From contig JBDGQO010000063.1 of NCBI GenBank assembly GCA_042219045.1, positions 1 to 45,893 of the forward strand: a stretch of DNA of 45,893 bases, in the 5' to 3' direction. Both the position numbers and the translations under genes were made by a program. Positions 17,417 through 26,811 of this stretch are shown in pieces. The notes beneath the pieces are model-generated. The model was not told where the DNA came from, did no database searches, and saw nothing but the letters and a program-made list of their open reading frames with translations. Position 1 is the first letter of the stretch, and each line of letters starts with the position of its first letter. This stretch comes from Candidatus Bipolaricaulia bacterium (GTDB lineage Bacteria; Bipolaricaulota; Bipolaricaulia; RBG-16-55-9).

Positions 17417-18340
17417 GTGGCTGTTGACACGACGCCGACGCGCAAGCCGGATTGGCTGAAGATCCGACCTCCCTCGGGCGAGCAATACGCCCACATCAAG
17501 GAAACCCTCCGTGAAAACAAGCTCCATACCGTCTGTGAAGAGGCCAACTGTCCCAATCTCCACGAGTGCTGGGACGGCGGCACGGCGACGATCATGCTCC
17601 TCGGCGACGTCTGCACGCGCGGGTGCAACTTCTGCGCGGTCGACACGGGACAGCCGGAAGGCTGGGTTGATCCCCTCGAACCGTGGAAGACGGCCCGAGC
17701 GCTATCCGAATGGGGCCTGGAGTACGTCGTGCTGACGACGGTGGCTCGGGACGACCTCCCCGACGGCGGCGCCGGCCACATCGCCCAGACGGTCCGGACG
17801 CTCAAGGACCAGATCCCCGGCATGATGGTCGAGGTGCTGACCACCGACTTCGGCGGCAACTGGGACGCGCTGGCGAAGCTCGTCGACGCCCAACCCGACG
17901 TCATCGATCACAACATCGAGACCGTGGAGCGACTCACCCCCACCGTCCGGGATCCCCGGTTCTCCTATCGGCAGTCCTTGGAGTTTCTGCGCAAGGCCAA
18001 GGAATTCGACCCGTCCCGCTACACGAAGTCCAGCATCATGGTCGGCCTGGGCGAGACCGAGGACGAGGTCGTGCAGTCGATGCGGGATCTGCGCGATATC
18101 GGGGCCGAGATCGTCACGCTGGGCCAGTACCTGCAGCCGACCAAGAGGCACCTGACCGTTCAGGAATACGTCCACCCCGAGCAGTTCAAGCGCTACGAGC
18201 GGATCGGCGAGGAGATGGGCTTCATGTACGTGGCGGCCGGTCCGCTCGTGCGCAGCTCCTACCGCGCCGCGGAGTACTTCATGAGCGGCGTGTTGCGACA
18301 ACAGCGCGAAGGAGGACGAGCGAATGGCCAAGCAGGCTAA
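17417..18340 (+). CDS. lipA: Lipoyl synthase
   Basis: CEEANCPNLHEC (CX4CX5C), CTRGCNFC (radical SAM), HNIETV, GQYLQP, RSSY. Confidence 0.97.
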   Translation: MAVDTTPTRKPDWLKIRPPSGEQYAHIKETLRENKLHTVCEEANCPNLHECWDGGTATIMLLGDVCTRGCNFCAVDTGQPEGWVDPLEPWKTARALSEWGLEYVVLTTVARDDLPDGGAGHIAQTVRTLKDQIPGMMVEVLTTDFGGNWDALAKLVDAQPDVIDHNIETVERLTPTVRDPRFSYRQSLEFLRKAKEFDPSRYTKSSIMVGLGETEDEVVQSMRDLRDIGAEIVTLGQYLQPTKRHLTVQEYVHPEQFKRYERIGEEMGFMYVAAGPLVRSSYRAAEYFMSGVLRQQREGGRANGQAG

Positions 18341-19499
18341 GTCGACGGACGAAGCGCAGGCCAATGGCCAGGGCGAGGTGAAAGTCCAGGTCGAGGCGGA
18401 GCGGTTCATCGCCCACGAGACCAAGACCTGGACCCTGGATCCGATCGTCCAGGTGATGGACGATGACGGCAACGTCATCGATGAGGACATGGAGCCGGAG
18501 CTGTCCGAGGACCAGCTCGCCGAGATCTATCGCCACATGCTGACGGCCCGGATCTACGACGAGCGGGCGCTCAACATGCAGCGCCAAGGGCGCCTGGCCG
18601 GGACCTACGCCCCGCACTCGGGCCAGGAGGGCTCGCTCATCGGCAGCGCGTACGCGTTGGAGCCGGAGGACTGGCTGTTTCCCAGCTACCGCGAACAGGC
18701 GGCCCAAGTGCTGCGCGGGCAGAGGTGGGCCGACATGCTCCGCTATTGGGGCGGCATCGAGGACGGCGGCGTTCCGCCCGAAGGCGTCAACAACTTCCTC
18801 GTCTCCATTCCGATTGCGACGCAGACCCTGCATGCGGTGGGCACCGCCTGGGCGGCCAAGATCCAGGGCGACGAGCTGGCCACGATCGTCTACTTCGGCG
18901 ACGGCGGCACCAGCGAGGGCGACTTCCACGAGGCGATGAACTTTGCGGGGGTGTTCGACGCCCCGACGGTCTTTTTCTGCCAGAACAACCAGTACGCCAT
19001 TTCGGTGCCCCGCAATCGCCAGACGCGCTCGGAGACGATCGCCCAGAAGGCGATTGCGTACGGCTTCCCGGGCTATCAAGTCGACGGCAACGACGCGCTG
19101 GCCGTCTATCGGGTGACGCGCAACGCGATCGAGCGGGCCCGCAACGGCGAGGGGCCGACGCTGATCGAGGCCGTCACGTATCGCATGAGCCACCACACGA
19201 CGGCCGACGACTGGACGCGCTATCGCTCCGAGGAGGAGGTCGAGGCCTGGAAGAAGAAGGATCCCGTCACCCGCATGCGGCGTTACCTCGAAGCCAAAGG
19301 CTTCTGGGACGATGAGAAGGAGGAAGCGGCCCAGGAGCAGGCCAAGCAAGAGGTCTCCGAGGCGATCGAGGAATTCGAGAACACGCCTCAGCGTGACATT
19401 GAGGAGATCTTCAAGTACACCTACGCCGAGGTGCCGCCGCACCTCCAGGAGCAAATGGAGGAGCTGCGCGACCATCTGAGCGAGCAGGGTGAAGCCTGA
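18324..19499 (+). CDS. pdhA: 2-oxoacid (pyruvate/branched-chain) dehydrogenase E1 alpha
   Basis: TPP motif GDGGTSEGDFHEAMN...NNQYAIS, YRMSHHTTADD. Confidence 0.92.
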   Translation: MAKQAKSTDEAQANGQGEVKVQVEAERFIAHETKTWTLDPIVQVMDDDGNVIDEDMEPELSEDQLAEIYRHMLTARIYDERALNMQRQGRLAGTYAPHSGQEGSLIGSAYALEPEDWLFPSYREQAAQVLRGQRWADMLRYWGGIEDGGVPPEGVNNFLVSIPIATQTLHAVGTAWAAKIQGDELATIVYFGDGGTSEGDFHEAMNFAGVFDAPTVFFCQNNQYAISVPRNRQTRSETIAQKAIAYGFPGYQVDGNDALAVYRVTRNAIERARNGEGPTLIEAVTYRMSHHTTADDWTRYRSEEEVEAWKKKDPVTRMRRYLEAKGFWDDEKEEAAQEQAKQEVSEAIEEFENTPQRDIEEIFKYTYAEVPPHLQEQMEELRDHLSEQGEA

Positions 19500-19502
19500 T
19501 CG

Positions 19503-20474
19503 ATGCCCAAGCTGACGCTGGTCCAGGCGGTCAACGACGCGCACAAGGCCGAGATGCGCCGCGACGATCGCGTCATCGTGCTCGGCGAGGACGTGGGCGT
19601 CGACGGCGGCGTCTTCCGCGCCACCGTTGATCTGATCGACGAGTTCGGCAGCGAGCGCGTGATCGACACGCCGCTGGCCGAGTCCGGCATCGTGGGCACG
19701 GCGCTGGGCATGGCCGTCTACGGCATGAGGCCCGTGACCGAGATGCAGTTCAGCGGCTTCATGCCGCCCGCCTACGACCAGCTCATGTCCCACATTTCCC
19801 GGATCCGCTGGCGCTCCCGCGGTCGCTTCGAAGCGCCCATGGTGGTCCGAGCGCCGTATGGCGGCGGCATCCGCTCCCCGGAACACCATGCGGAGAGCCC
19901 GGAGGTCTACTACGCCCACATGCCCGGCCTGAAAGTCGTCATCCCCTCAACGCCCTACGACGCCAAGGGACTCTTGATCGGGGCGATCCGCGATTCCGAT
20001 CCCGTGCTGTTTCTGGAGCCGAAGAAGATCTATCGCGCGTTCCGCGAGGAGGTGCCCGAGGACGCCTATGCGGTCCCGCTCGGCGAGGCCAGGGTCAGCC
20101 GCGAGGGCTCGGACCTGACGCTCGTGTCGTGGGGCTACGTGCACCAGGTGGCCCTCGAGGCAGCAGAGATGGCCGAGGGCGTCGACGTCGAAGTGATCGA
20201 CCTGCGGACGATCAATCCGATGGATCGCGACACCGTGGTCGACTCGGTCCGCAAGACGGGCCGTTGCGTCGTTGCCCAGGAGGCTCCGTCGGTCAACAGC
20301 GTGGCCTCGGAACTGGCCGCCAGCGTCAATGAGCGGACGTTTTTCAGCCTAAAGGCCCCGATCGAGCGCGTCACGGGCTTTGACGTCACGATCCCCCTGG
20401 GAAGCAAGGAAGACCGCTACATTCCGGATGCCGAGCGCCTCGAGCGGGCGATTCGGCGCACAGCAGATTTCTGA
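19503..20474 (+). CDS. pdhB: 2-oxoacid dehydrogenase E1 beta (copy 1)
   Basis: GEDVG..GGVFR, DTPLAESG, EMQF, EHHAES, LEPKKIYR. Confidence 0.92.
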   Translation: MPKLTLVQAVNDAHKAEMRRDDRVIVLGEDVGVDGGVFRATVDLIDEFGSERVIDTPLAESGIVGTALGMAVYGMRPVTEMQFSGFMPPAYDQLMSHISRIRWRSRGRFEAPMVVRAPYGGGIRSPEHHAESPEVYYAHMPGLKVVIPSTPYDAKGLLIGAIRDSDPVLFLEPKKIYRAFREEVPEDAYAVPLGEARVSREGSDLTLVSWGYVHQVALEAAEMAEGVDVEVIDLRTINPMDRDTVVDSVRKTGRCVVAQEAPSVNSVASELAASVNERTFFSLKAPIERVTGFDVTIPLGSKEDRYIPDAERLERAIRRTADF

Positions 20475-20540
20475 GCGGTTTCCCGATGGAACGGTTCGGG
20501 GCAGGCGGAGCGACCATCGACACGTAATCGAGAAAATTGG

Positions 20541-21530
20541 GTGATATTTGTGCCTCCAAAGAACTTGGTACAGGCCGTCAACGAAGCGATGATGACGGAG
20601 ATGGGCCTCGACGACAGCGTCGTGGTCATGGGCGAGGACGTCGGCGTCGACGGCGGGGTGTTCCGCGCGACGCTGGGGCTGCTGGAGGAGTACGGCGAGG
20701 ACCGCGTGATCGACACGCCGTTGGCGGAGTCGGGCATCCTCGGCACGGCCATCGGCATGGCCGCCTACGGCCTGAAGCCGGTCGCCGAGATGCAGTTCAG
20801 CGGCTTCATGACGCCGTCGTTCGACCAGTTCATCAGCCACGCGTCGCGGATCCGCTGGCGCTCGCGCGGGCGGTTCAGCGCGTCGCTGGTGGTGCGCGCG
20901 CCTTACGGCGGCGGCATCCACGCGCTGGAGCACCACTCCGAGAGCCAGGAAGCGATCTACATCCATACCCCCGGGCTCAAGACCGTGATCCCCTCCAGCC
21001 CGCACGACGCCAAGGGGCTTTTGATCAACGCGATCCGCGATCCGGACCCCGTGGTGTTTCTGGAGCCGAAGAAGATCTATCGCGCCTTCCGCGAGGAGGT
21101 GCCCGAGGGCGACTACACGGTCCCGTTGAGCGCGTGCAACGTCAGCCGCGAGGGCAGCGACTTGACGCTCGTCTCCTGGGGCTACGTCCATCGGCTCTGT
21201 CTCGAAGCGGCCGAGGAAGCCGCGGAGAAGGAAGGCTTGGACGTTGAAGTGATCGACGTCCGGACGCTCAGCCCGCTCGACTTTCAGACGATTGCGGACT
21301 CCGTGACGAAGACGGGGCGCGTCGTCGTCGCTCAGGAAGCCCCGCAGACGCTCGGCTTCGCCTCCGAAATCTCCGCCCGGATCATGGAGGATCTGATCCT
21401 CTATCTGGAGTCGCCCGTGATCCGCGTGACCGGCTTCGACACGACGATGCCGTACCATGAGCTGGAGGACTATTACATGCCGGACGTCGGCCGCATCATG
21501 CGCGGCATCCGCAAGTCGATCAACTTTTAG
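20541..21530 (+). CDS. pdhB: 2-oxoacid dehydrogenase E1 beta (copy 2); start may be GTG at 20550
   Basis: Same motifs as copy 1, with EHHSES. Confidence 0.92.
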   Translation: MIFVPPKNLVQAVNEAMMTEMGLDDSVVVMGEDVGVDGGVFRATLGLLEEYGEDRVIDTPLAESGILGTAIGMAAYGLKPVAEMQFSGFMTPSFDQFISHASRIRWRSRGRFSASLVVRAPYGGGIHALEHHSESQEAIYIHTPGLKTVIPSSPHDAKGLLINAIRDPDPVVFLEPKKIYRAFREEVPEGDYTVPLSACNVSREGSDLTLVSWGYVHRLCLEAAEEAAEKEGLDVEVIDVRTLSPLDFQTIADSVTKTGRVVVAQEAPQTLGFASEISARIMEDLILYLESPVIRVTGFDTTMPYHELEDYYMPDVGRIMRGIRKSINF

Positions 21531-21615
21531 TCAACCGGGACCGTTGGCCTGATGGCGCTCGACGATGGCTGACGCGCCCGACCGTGGATGAAGGATTTCA
21601 GGTGGTGACTGCACG

Positions 21616-23043
21616 ATGGTAGTCGGCGACATCGCGATGGGGACGGAACTGCTGATCGTCGGCGGCGGGCCCGGCGGCTACGTGGCCGCCATCCGCGCCG
21701 CCCAACTGGGAATCGAGACGACGCTCGTGGAAGCGGAGGACTTGGGCGGCATCTGCCTCAATCACGGCTGCATTCCCTCCAAGGCGCTCATCCAGGCGGC
21801 CCATCGCTACGGCGAGCTGGACGACTTGGCCGAGATGGGCATCGAAGTGGGTGAGCGTGCGATCCACCCCGAAAAGCTGCAGGAGTGGAAGTCGGGCGTG
21901 GTGACGAAGTTGACCGGCGGCGTTGGCCACCTGCTCGAGCATCACAGCGTCCAGGTCGTTCCCGGCAAGGCCGTGTTTACGGGTCCCAAGAGCGTGCACG
22001 TTGAAAGCGAAGACGGGTCCCAGTCCATTGACTTCAAGCACGCCATCGTCTCGACGGGCTCGACCCAAATGGACCTGCCCGGCTTCGAGATGGACGGCGA
22101 GGTCGTCATCGGCTCGCGCCAGGCGCTCCAATTGACCGAAGTCCCCGACAAGATGGTCGTCATCGGCGGAGGCTACATCGGCCTCGAGCTCGGTTCCGTC
22201 TATGCCCAGCTCGGCAGTGAAGTGACCGTCGTCGAGATGCTGGATCAACTCCTGCCGGGCACGGACCCGGATCTCGTCAAGGTCGTGGAGAAGCAAATCA
22301 AGGCGCTCGGCATCACGGTCCACACGGAGTCCAAAGCCCAGTCACTCGAGAAAACCGACGACGGGGCGAAAGTGACGGTCGAGACGCCGGACGGCGAAAC
22401 GTCGTTGGAGGCCGACAAGGTGCTCGTGAGCATCGGCCGTCAGCCGAACTCAGCTGATATGGGACTGGAACAAGCGAAGGTCGAGACGACCGAGCAGGGG
22501 TTCATCGCGGTTGATCATGCCCAGCGAACGAGCAACGACAAAATCTATGCCATTGGCGACATCACGGGCCAACCGATGCTGGCGCACAAGGCATCCCACG
22601 AAGGGCTCGTCGCGGCCGCCCAGATCGCCGGCGAGCCGGCCGCCTCGGACTGGCTCACGGTTCCGGCCGTCATCTTCACCGATCCGGAGATCGCCTATGC
22701 CGGTCTCACGGAGGCCGACGCCAAGGAGCAGGGCTTCGATCCCGTCGTGGGCAAATTCCCCTTCCAGGCGTCTGGGCGGGCGCTAACGATGAACGTCTCG
22801 GACGGCTTCGCCAAGGTCGTGGCCGACCGCGAGAGCGAGGTTGTGTTGGGGGTTCAGATCGTCGGTCCGGAGGCCAGTACGCTGATCAGCGAGGGGGCGC
22901 TCGCGATCGAGATGGGCGCGCGCCTCGAGGACTTGGCATTGACGGTCCATCCGCATCCGACGCTGTCGGAGAGCCTCATGGAAGCCGCCGAACTGGCGCT
23001 CGGACAGCCGATTCACACGACCGCGCCACGCAAGCAGAAGTAG
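21616..23043 (+). CDS. lpdA: Dihydrolipoyl dehydrogenase (E3)
   Basis: GGGPGGY, CLNHGCIPSK redox disulfide, GGGYIGLE, HPHPTLSE. Confidence 0.97.
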   Translation: MVVGDIAMGTELLIVGGGPGGYVAAIRAAQLGIETTLVEAEDLGGICLNHGCIPSKALIQAAHRYGELDDLAEMGIEVGERAIHPEKLQEWKSGVVTKLTGGVGHLLEHHSVQVVPGKAVFTGPKSVHVESEDGSQSIDFKHAIVSTGSTQMDLPGFEMDGEVVIGSRQALQLTEVPDKMVVIGGGYIGLELGSVYAQLGSEVTVVEMLDQLLPGTDPDLVKVVEKQIKALGITVHTESKAQSLEKTDDGAKVTVETPDGETSLEADKVLVSIGRQPNSADMGLEQAKVETTEQGFIAVDHAQRTSNDKIYAIGDITGQPMLAHKASHEGLVAAAQIAGEPAASDWLTVPAVIFTDPEIAYAGLTEADAKEQGFDPVVGKFPFQASGRALTMNVSDGFAKVVADRESEVVLGVQIVGPEASTLISEGALAIEMGARLEDLALTVHPHPTLSESLMEAAELALGQPIHTTAPRKQK

Positions 23044-23086
23044 CAATCTTGCTTCTTCATTCCGGAAATCCCGGCTGGCTCAGGCA

Positions 23087-23536
23087 TTAGATCCCGAACC
23101 CCCAGAGCACGAGCCCGACAAACAGCGGCAATAGACTGGCCAGGTAGAGCGCGTTCGCCGTCGGCCTGACGTTCTGACGGTGGCTGCGCTTCGCGCGGAC
23201 CCATTCCTCGTTGCTGTCCATGAACTCGCGCGGGTGGCGTCCCGATGAGCCGCCGCCGAACGGCGCTCCGCTTGCGTCCAGGGCCGATAAATCGCTGCCG
23301 GCGACGAAACTGCCGAACAGAAACAATCCGACGGCGGTCGCCATCAACGGAAGCCCCATGGCATGCCCGTGTTGGCCCCACGCTAACCACACGAGCGCGA
23401 ACACGATCGCATCGACAAGGATCGTGCCTGGCAAGTGGGACCGGTTGATCTCGATGTACCGCCTTAGCATTCGGCGCAAACCGTTCTGGGAGAGATCATG
23501 AGCGGCTCGCTTAATCCTTGCCAAATCTTGCTCCAT
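23087..23536 (-). CDS. Hypothetical membrane protein (about 3 TM)
   Basis: Three hydrophobic stretches; ATG at 23536 after AAGGTAGG. Confidence 0.6.
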   Translation of the reverse strand: MEQDLARIKRAAHDLSQNGLRRMLRRYIEINRSHLPGTILVDAIVFALVWLAWGQHGHAMGLPLMATAVGLFLFGSFVAGSDLSALDASGAPFGGGSSGRHPREFMDSNEEWVRAKRSHRQNVRPTANALYLASLLPLFVGLVLWGFGI

Positions 23537-23742
23537 GGATTGCCTACCTTTCCGAGACTCCGTCGAACTGCGCGTCTCTGACGGACCCACCAACGGGACC
23601 CAACACGGGTGTTGACATTGTGGCTTCTAGATCGGCGCGAAATCCAATCTTCCGTCTGTTGGTGCGATCATCTCATTTTCACTCCATTTCCACGTTCTAT
23701 CCATGCAATTGTCACGCTCACTGATGTACAGAGGTAATGGAA

Positions 23743-23919
23743 TCTCCGAAGCAGGTGACCTCGATGGCCGTCGAGCACCTTTGCGCCGATAAGCTCCCAC
23801 ATGGGGTTGAGGGGACGCAAATCCGCGCTTGCTCGTCAGGCAACGGGCGGTTGCCCTTGAGCAACCATGGGCAACCGTCCCCTCACCCTTGGGCATGCCA
23901 TGACATCACGCTTCGGAGA
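23743..23919. ncRNA. Candidate structured RNA (~180 nt), unidentified
   Basis: Nested inverted repeats TCTCCGAAGC/GCTTCGGAGA, TGAGGGGACG/CGTCCCCTCA, CGGTTGCCC/GGGCAACCG. Confidence 0.5.
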
Positions 23920-23966
23920 CCGGTCGGTTGCATACCGCGACAAGTTCGCCAAAGGAGGCATCTCGG

Positions 23967-26726
23967 ATGCTCAGGAAATGGCCTCTTCTCGTCGTGTTCG
24001 TCATCATCGCTTTGACGGTCATCTGCCAGCCGTCATTGGCGCGCACGATCACCGTACCGGGGGATGCGTCATCGATTCAGGCAGCGGTCAACACAGCTGG
24101 CCCCGGCGACGTCGTTCTCATTTCATCGGGAACTTATCGGGAGAACGTCATCGTTCGCAACAAGGAACGGATCGAGATCCGGGCGCGCAATCCGGGGACG
24201 GTGACGATCCGCGCCAACGCGGACGAGCCGACGATTCGGGTTGTGAAGTCGCAAGAGATCACCATGGCCGGCTTCGTCGTGCGCAGCGGCGAGGTGTTGG
24301 ATCCCGAGACGCTCGAGCTTGTGGCCGCGGGTGGCGGCATTGCCCTCGTCGACAGCGAGGAGGTCGTGCTGCGCCAGATTGAGCTGGTGGAGAACATCGG
24401 GCGAAGCCTGTCGATCGCCAACACGAGCGCCCGCGTGATCGGCATCACGATCCCCGAGCCGATCACCGAGACCGAGGACCAGCGCATCGACGGCATCGAG
24501 ATCACCGACAACTCAGACGTCGTCGTGGAGGACGCCACGATCGAGAACAACCCCGGCGACGGCATTCGGGTCAAGAATTCCGCCCTTGAGTTCACAAATG
24601 GCCGGATTGCGAACAACGACGGATTCGGGCTCCAGGCGGTCGGCTCGACGGTTGCCATGTCGGGGGCGGTTATCACGGGCCACGGCAAAAACGGCGTGAT
24701 TTTCGAAGCCACCAAGGCCCAGCTCAACGACGTCAAAATCGTGGACAATCAGGGTGTCGGCGTGACGGTGCTGAACGACTCCGACGTGTCGATCGATGGC
24801 GCTCAGGTGAACGGGCATCCGGAGGGCGCGATCATCGTCCAGTCGTCGGTGTTCAGCCTGGCCAACGGCACCGTCACGGGCAACGCCGGCAGCGGCATCA
24901 ACGCAGAGAATTCGAATGTCACCGTCCAGAGCTCGCGGATCTTTGAGCAACCCGGAGACGGGATCCGGCTGGTCAATGCCGACGCGGAGATCTCCGGAAC
25001 GGAGTTGGACAGCAACGACGGCATCGGCCTGTCGGCGGCGGGCACGACGCTGGCGATGACGGACAGCCTCGTGACGAATCACCCCGGCAATGCCGTCGTC
25101 TTGGAGAAAGGCTCCGCCGAGATCGGCACCACGACGATCGAGGCCAATGGCGGCCGCGGGCTGTTGGTGACGAACGCCGAGCTGACGTTGGGTGGCAGCA
25201 CCGTGCGAAACAACGACGCGGATGGCGTGATCTTGGAGGCGTCGTCAGCGGAGATCGCCGACAGTGACATCCGCGCGAATAACGGTTACGGGGTCCAATC
25301 GGCGCCCGAGACGAATCTCGTCATGACGGGCAGCACGGTAGCCGAGCACCCGAAAGATGGCCTGTCTGCCGTCAACGGGAGCGCGCAGATCCAGGCCAGC
25401 ACGTTTCAGAGCAATGATGGCTGGGGCCTCAGCTTGGAGGGCATGTCGCTCACCATGAGCGATAGCACCGTGACGGCCAATGGCAAGGACGGCGTGCGAC
25501 TCAAGGCCAGCTCGGCCGAGGTCAGCGGCACCGAGGTTACCGACAACGGGGCTCGAGGCCTCCACGTATTCGATGGATCGTCGCTCGTGTTCCGAGATGG
25601 CACGGTCTCTGGGCATCCCGATGACGGCGTGACCCTGGACAATGGCTCGCTGACGATGGCTGGCAGCAATGTCAGTGAGAACGACGCCCGCGGGCTCGGC
25701 GTCGAAAGGAGCGACGCCAACGTCTCCAGCAGCACGATCAAGGCCAACGGACAGGACGGCGTCCAGCTTCTCAGTTCCGCCGCGGATTTCCGAGACACCG
25801 AGATCGTGGAGAACGGCGATCAGGGCGTCGAGGCAGAAAGCGCAAACTTTACCGCGTCCGGCACGCGAATCGCGAACCACCCGGCCGAGGGCGTGTTGCT
25901 TGCGGACAGCTCAGCGGCGTTGAGCGCGAGCAGCGCCATCGTTGACAACGCCAGCTTCGGCATCGACGCGACCAACTCGTCCGTCACCTTGACTGACAGC
26001 ACGGTGTCAGGCAACGGCGACGACGGGATGCGTCTGTCCGAGAGCTCGGGCAACGTCGCCGGCAGCGAAATCGCCGCTAACGAAGGCCGCGGCGTCGGGG
26101 CTGCCAATGCGACGCTGACGCTCGTGGACAGCACCTTGACAGGCCACGCGAGCCACGGCGTCGAACTGAAACGGAGCCCGAGCAGCATCAATAACAGCGA
26201 GGTCTCGGACAACGAGGGATCGGGCATGATCGTGCGCGATACGTCCTCGTTGGCCGTCATCGACGCGACGTTCGCTGGTAACGCTGCGGGCGGCACGCGG
26301 TTTGTCGGCAGCTCCGGAAGCCTGCAGAACAGCCAGATCGCGGACAACGGTGGCGTCGGACTGCGGTCCGAGGGCCAATCCTCCATCACGGCGGTGAACG
26401 TGAGCATTCGGGGACAGAGCGACCACGGTGCGGTCGTGGACAACGGCTCGCTGAGCGTCAACGGCGGCGAAATTAGCGGCAACGCCGGCCGAGGCGTTCA
26501 AGTCACCAACGGCTCGACGGCATCGTTTGTCGGGACGACCATCGCGGACAACGCCGAGGACGGCCTGGCGGTGCTGGCCTCATTGGCGTCGGTGCAGGGC
26601 GGTGCCATCCAAAACAACGGCTCATTCGGCATATTCGCCGACGATGACGCGCTCGCGACCTGCTCCGATGCCGACGTGTCCGGCAACGGCACGAATCTGT
26701 CCGATAACGTTTCGGGCTGCCGCTAA
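23967..26726 (+). CDS. Secreted right-handed parallel beta-helix repeat protein (919 aa)
   Basis: AAGGAGG RBS; signal peptide; SIQAAVNTA.PGDVV.I..GTY.E cap; over 30 ~22-aa N-x-x-x-G coils. Confidence 0.9.
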   Translation: MLRKWPLLVVFVIIALTVICQPSLARTITVPGDASSIQAAVNTAGPGDVVLISSGTYRENVIVRNKERIEIRARNPGTVTIRANADEPTIRVVKSQEITMAGFVVRSGEVLDPETLELVAAGGGIALVDSEEVVLRQIELVENIGRSLSIANTSARVIGITIPEPITETEDQRIDGIEITDNSDVVVEDATIENNPGDGIRVKNSALEFTNGRIANNDGFGLQAVGSTVAMSGAVITGHGKNGVIFEATKAQLNDVKIVDNQGVGVTVLNDSDVSIDGAQVNGHPEGAIIVQSSVFSLANGTVTGNAGSGINAENSNVTVQSSRIFEQPGDGIRLVNADAEISGTELDSNDGIGLSAAGTTLAMTDSLVTNHPGNAVVLEKGSAEIGTTTIEANGGRGLLVTNAELTLGGSTVRNNDADGVILEASSAEIADSDIRANNGYGVQSAPETNLVMTGSTVAEHPKDGLSAVNGSAQIQASTFQSNDGWGLSLEGMSLTMSDSTVTANGKDGVRLKASSAEVSGTEVTDNGARGLHVFDGSSLVFRDGTVSGHPDDGVTLDNGSLTMAGSNVSENDARGLGVERSDANVSSSTIKANGQDGVQLLSSAADFRDTEIVENGDQGVEAESANFTASGTRIANHPAEGVLLADSSAALSASSAIVDNASFGIDATNSSVTLTDSTVSGNGDDGMRLSESSGNVAGSEIAANEGRGVGAANATLTLVDSTLTGHASHGVELKRSPSSINNSEVSDNEGSGMIVRDTSSLAVIDATFAGNAAGGTRFVGSSGSLQNSQIADNGGVGLRSEGQSSITAVNVSIRGQSDHGAVVDNGSLSVNGGEISGNAGRGVQVTNGSTASFVGTTIADNAEDGLAVLASLASVQGGAIQNNGSFGIFADDDALATCSDADVSGNGTNLSDNVSGCR

Positions 26727-26767
26727 AGACGCAAACCCCGCCCCTCTCGGGCCGGGCCCAACCCCTA

Positions 26768-26811
26768 AGCAGCGCCCCTCTCGGTGGAGGGAGGGGCGCT
26801 GCTGTCTTCTT
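26768..26811 (+). terminator. Intrinsic terminator-like hairpin
   Basis: 13-bp stem AGCAGCGCCCCTC/GAGGGGCGCTGCT followed by GTCTTCTT. Confidence 0.65.

Noticed and set aside
23811..23856. c-di-GMP-I riboswitch (GACGCAAA...GGTTGCC)
   Set aside because: The upstream GGCAAA and GAAA-tetraloop stem are missing; only a partial resemblance.
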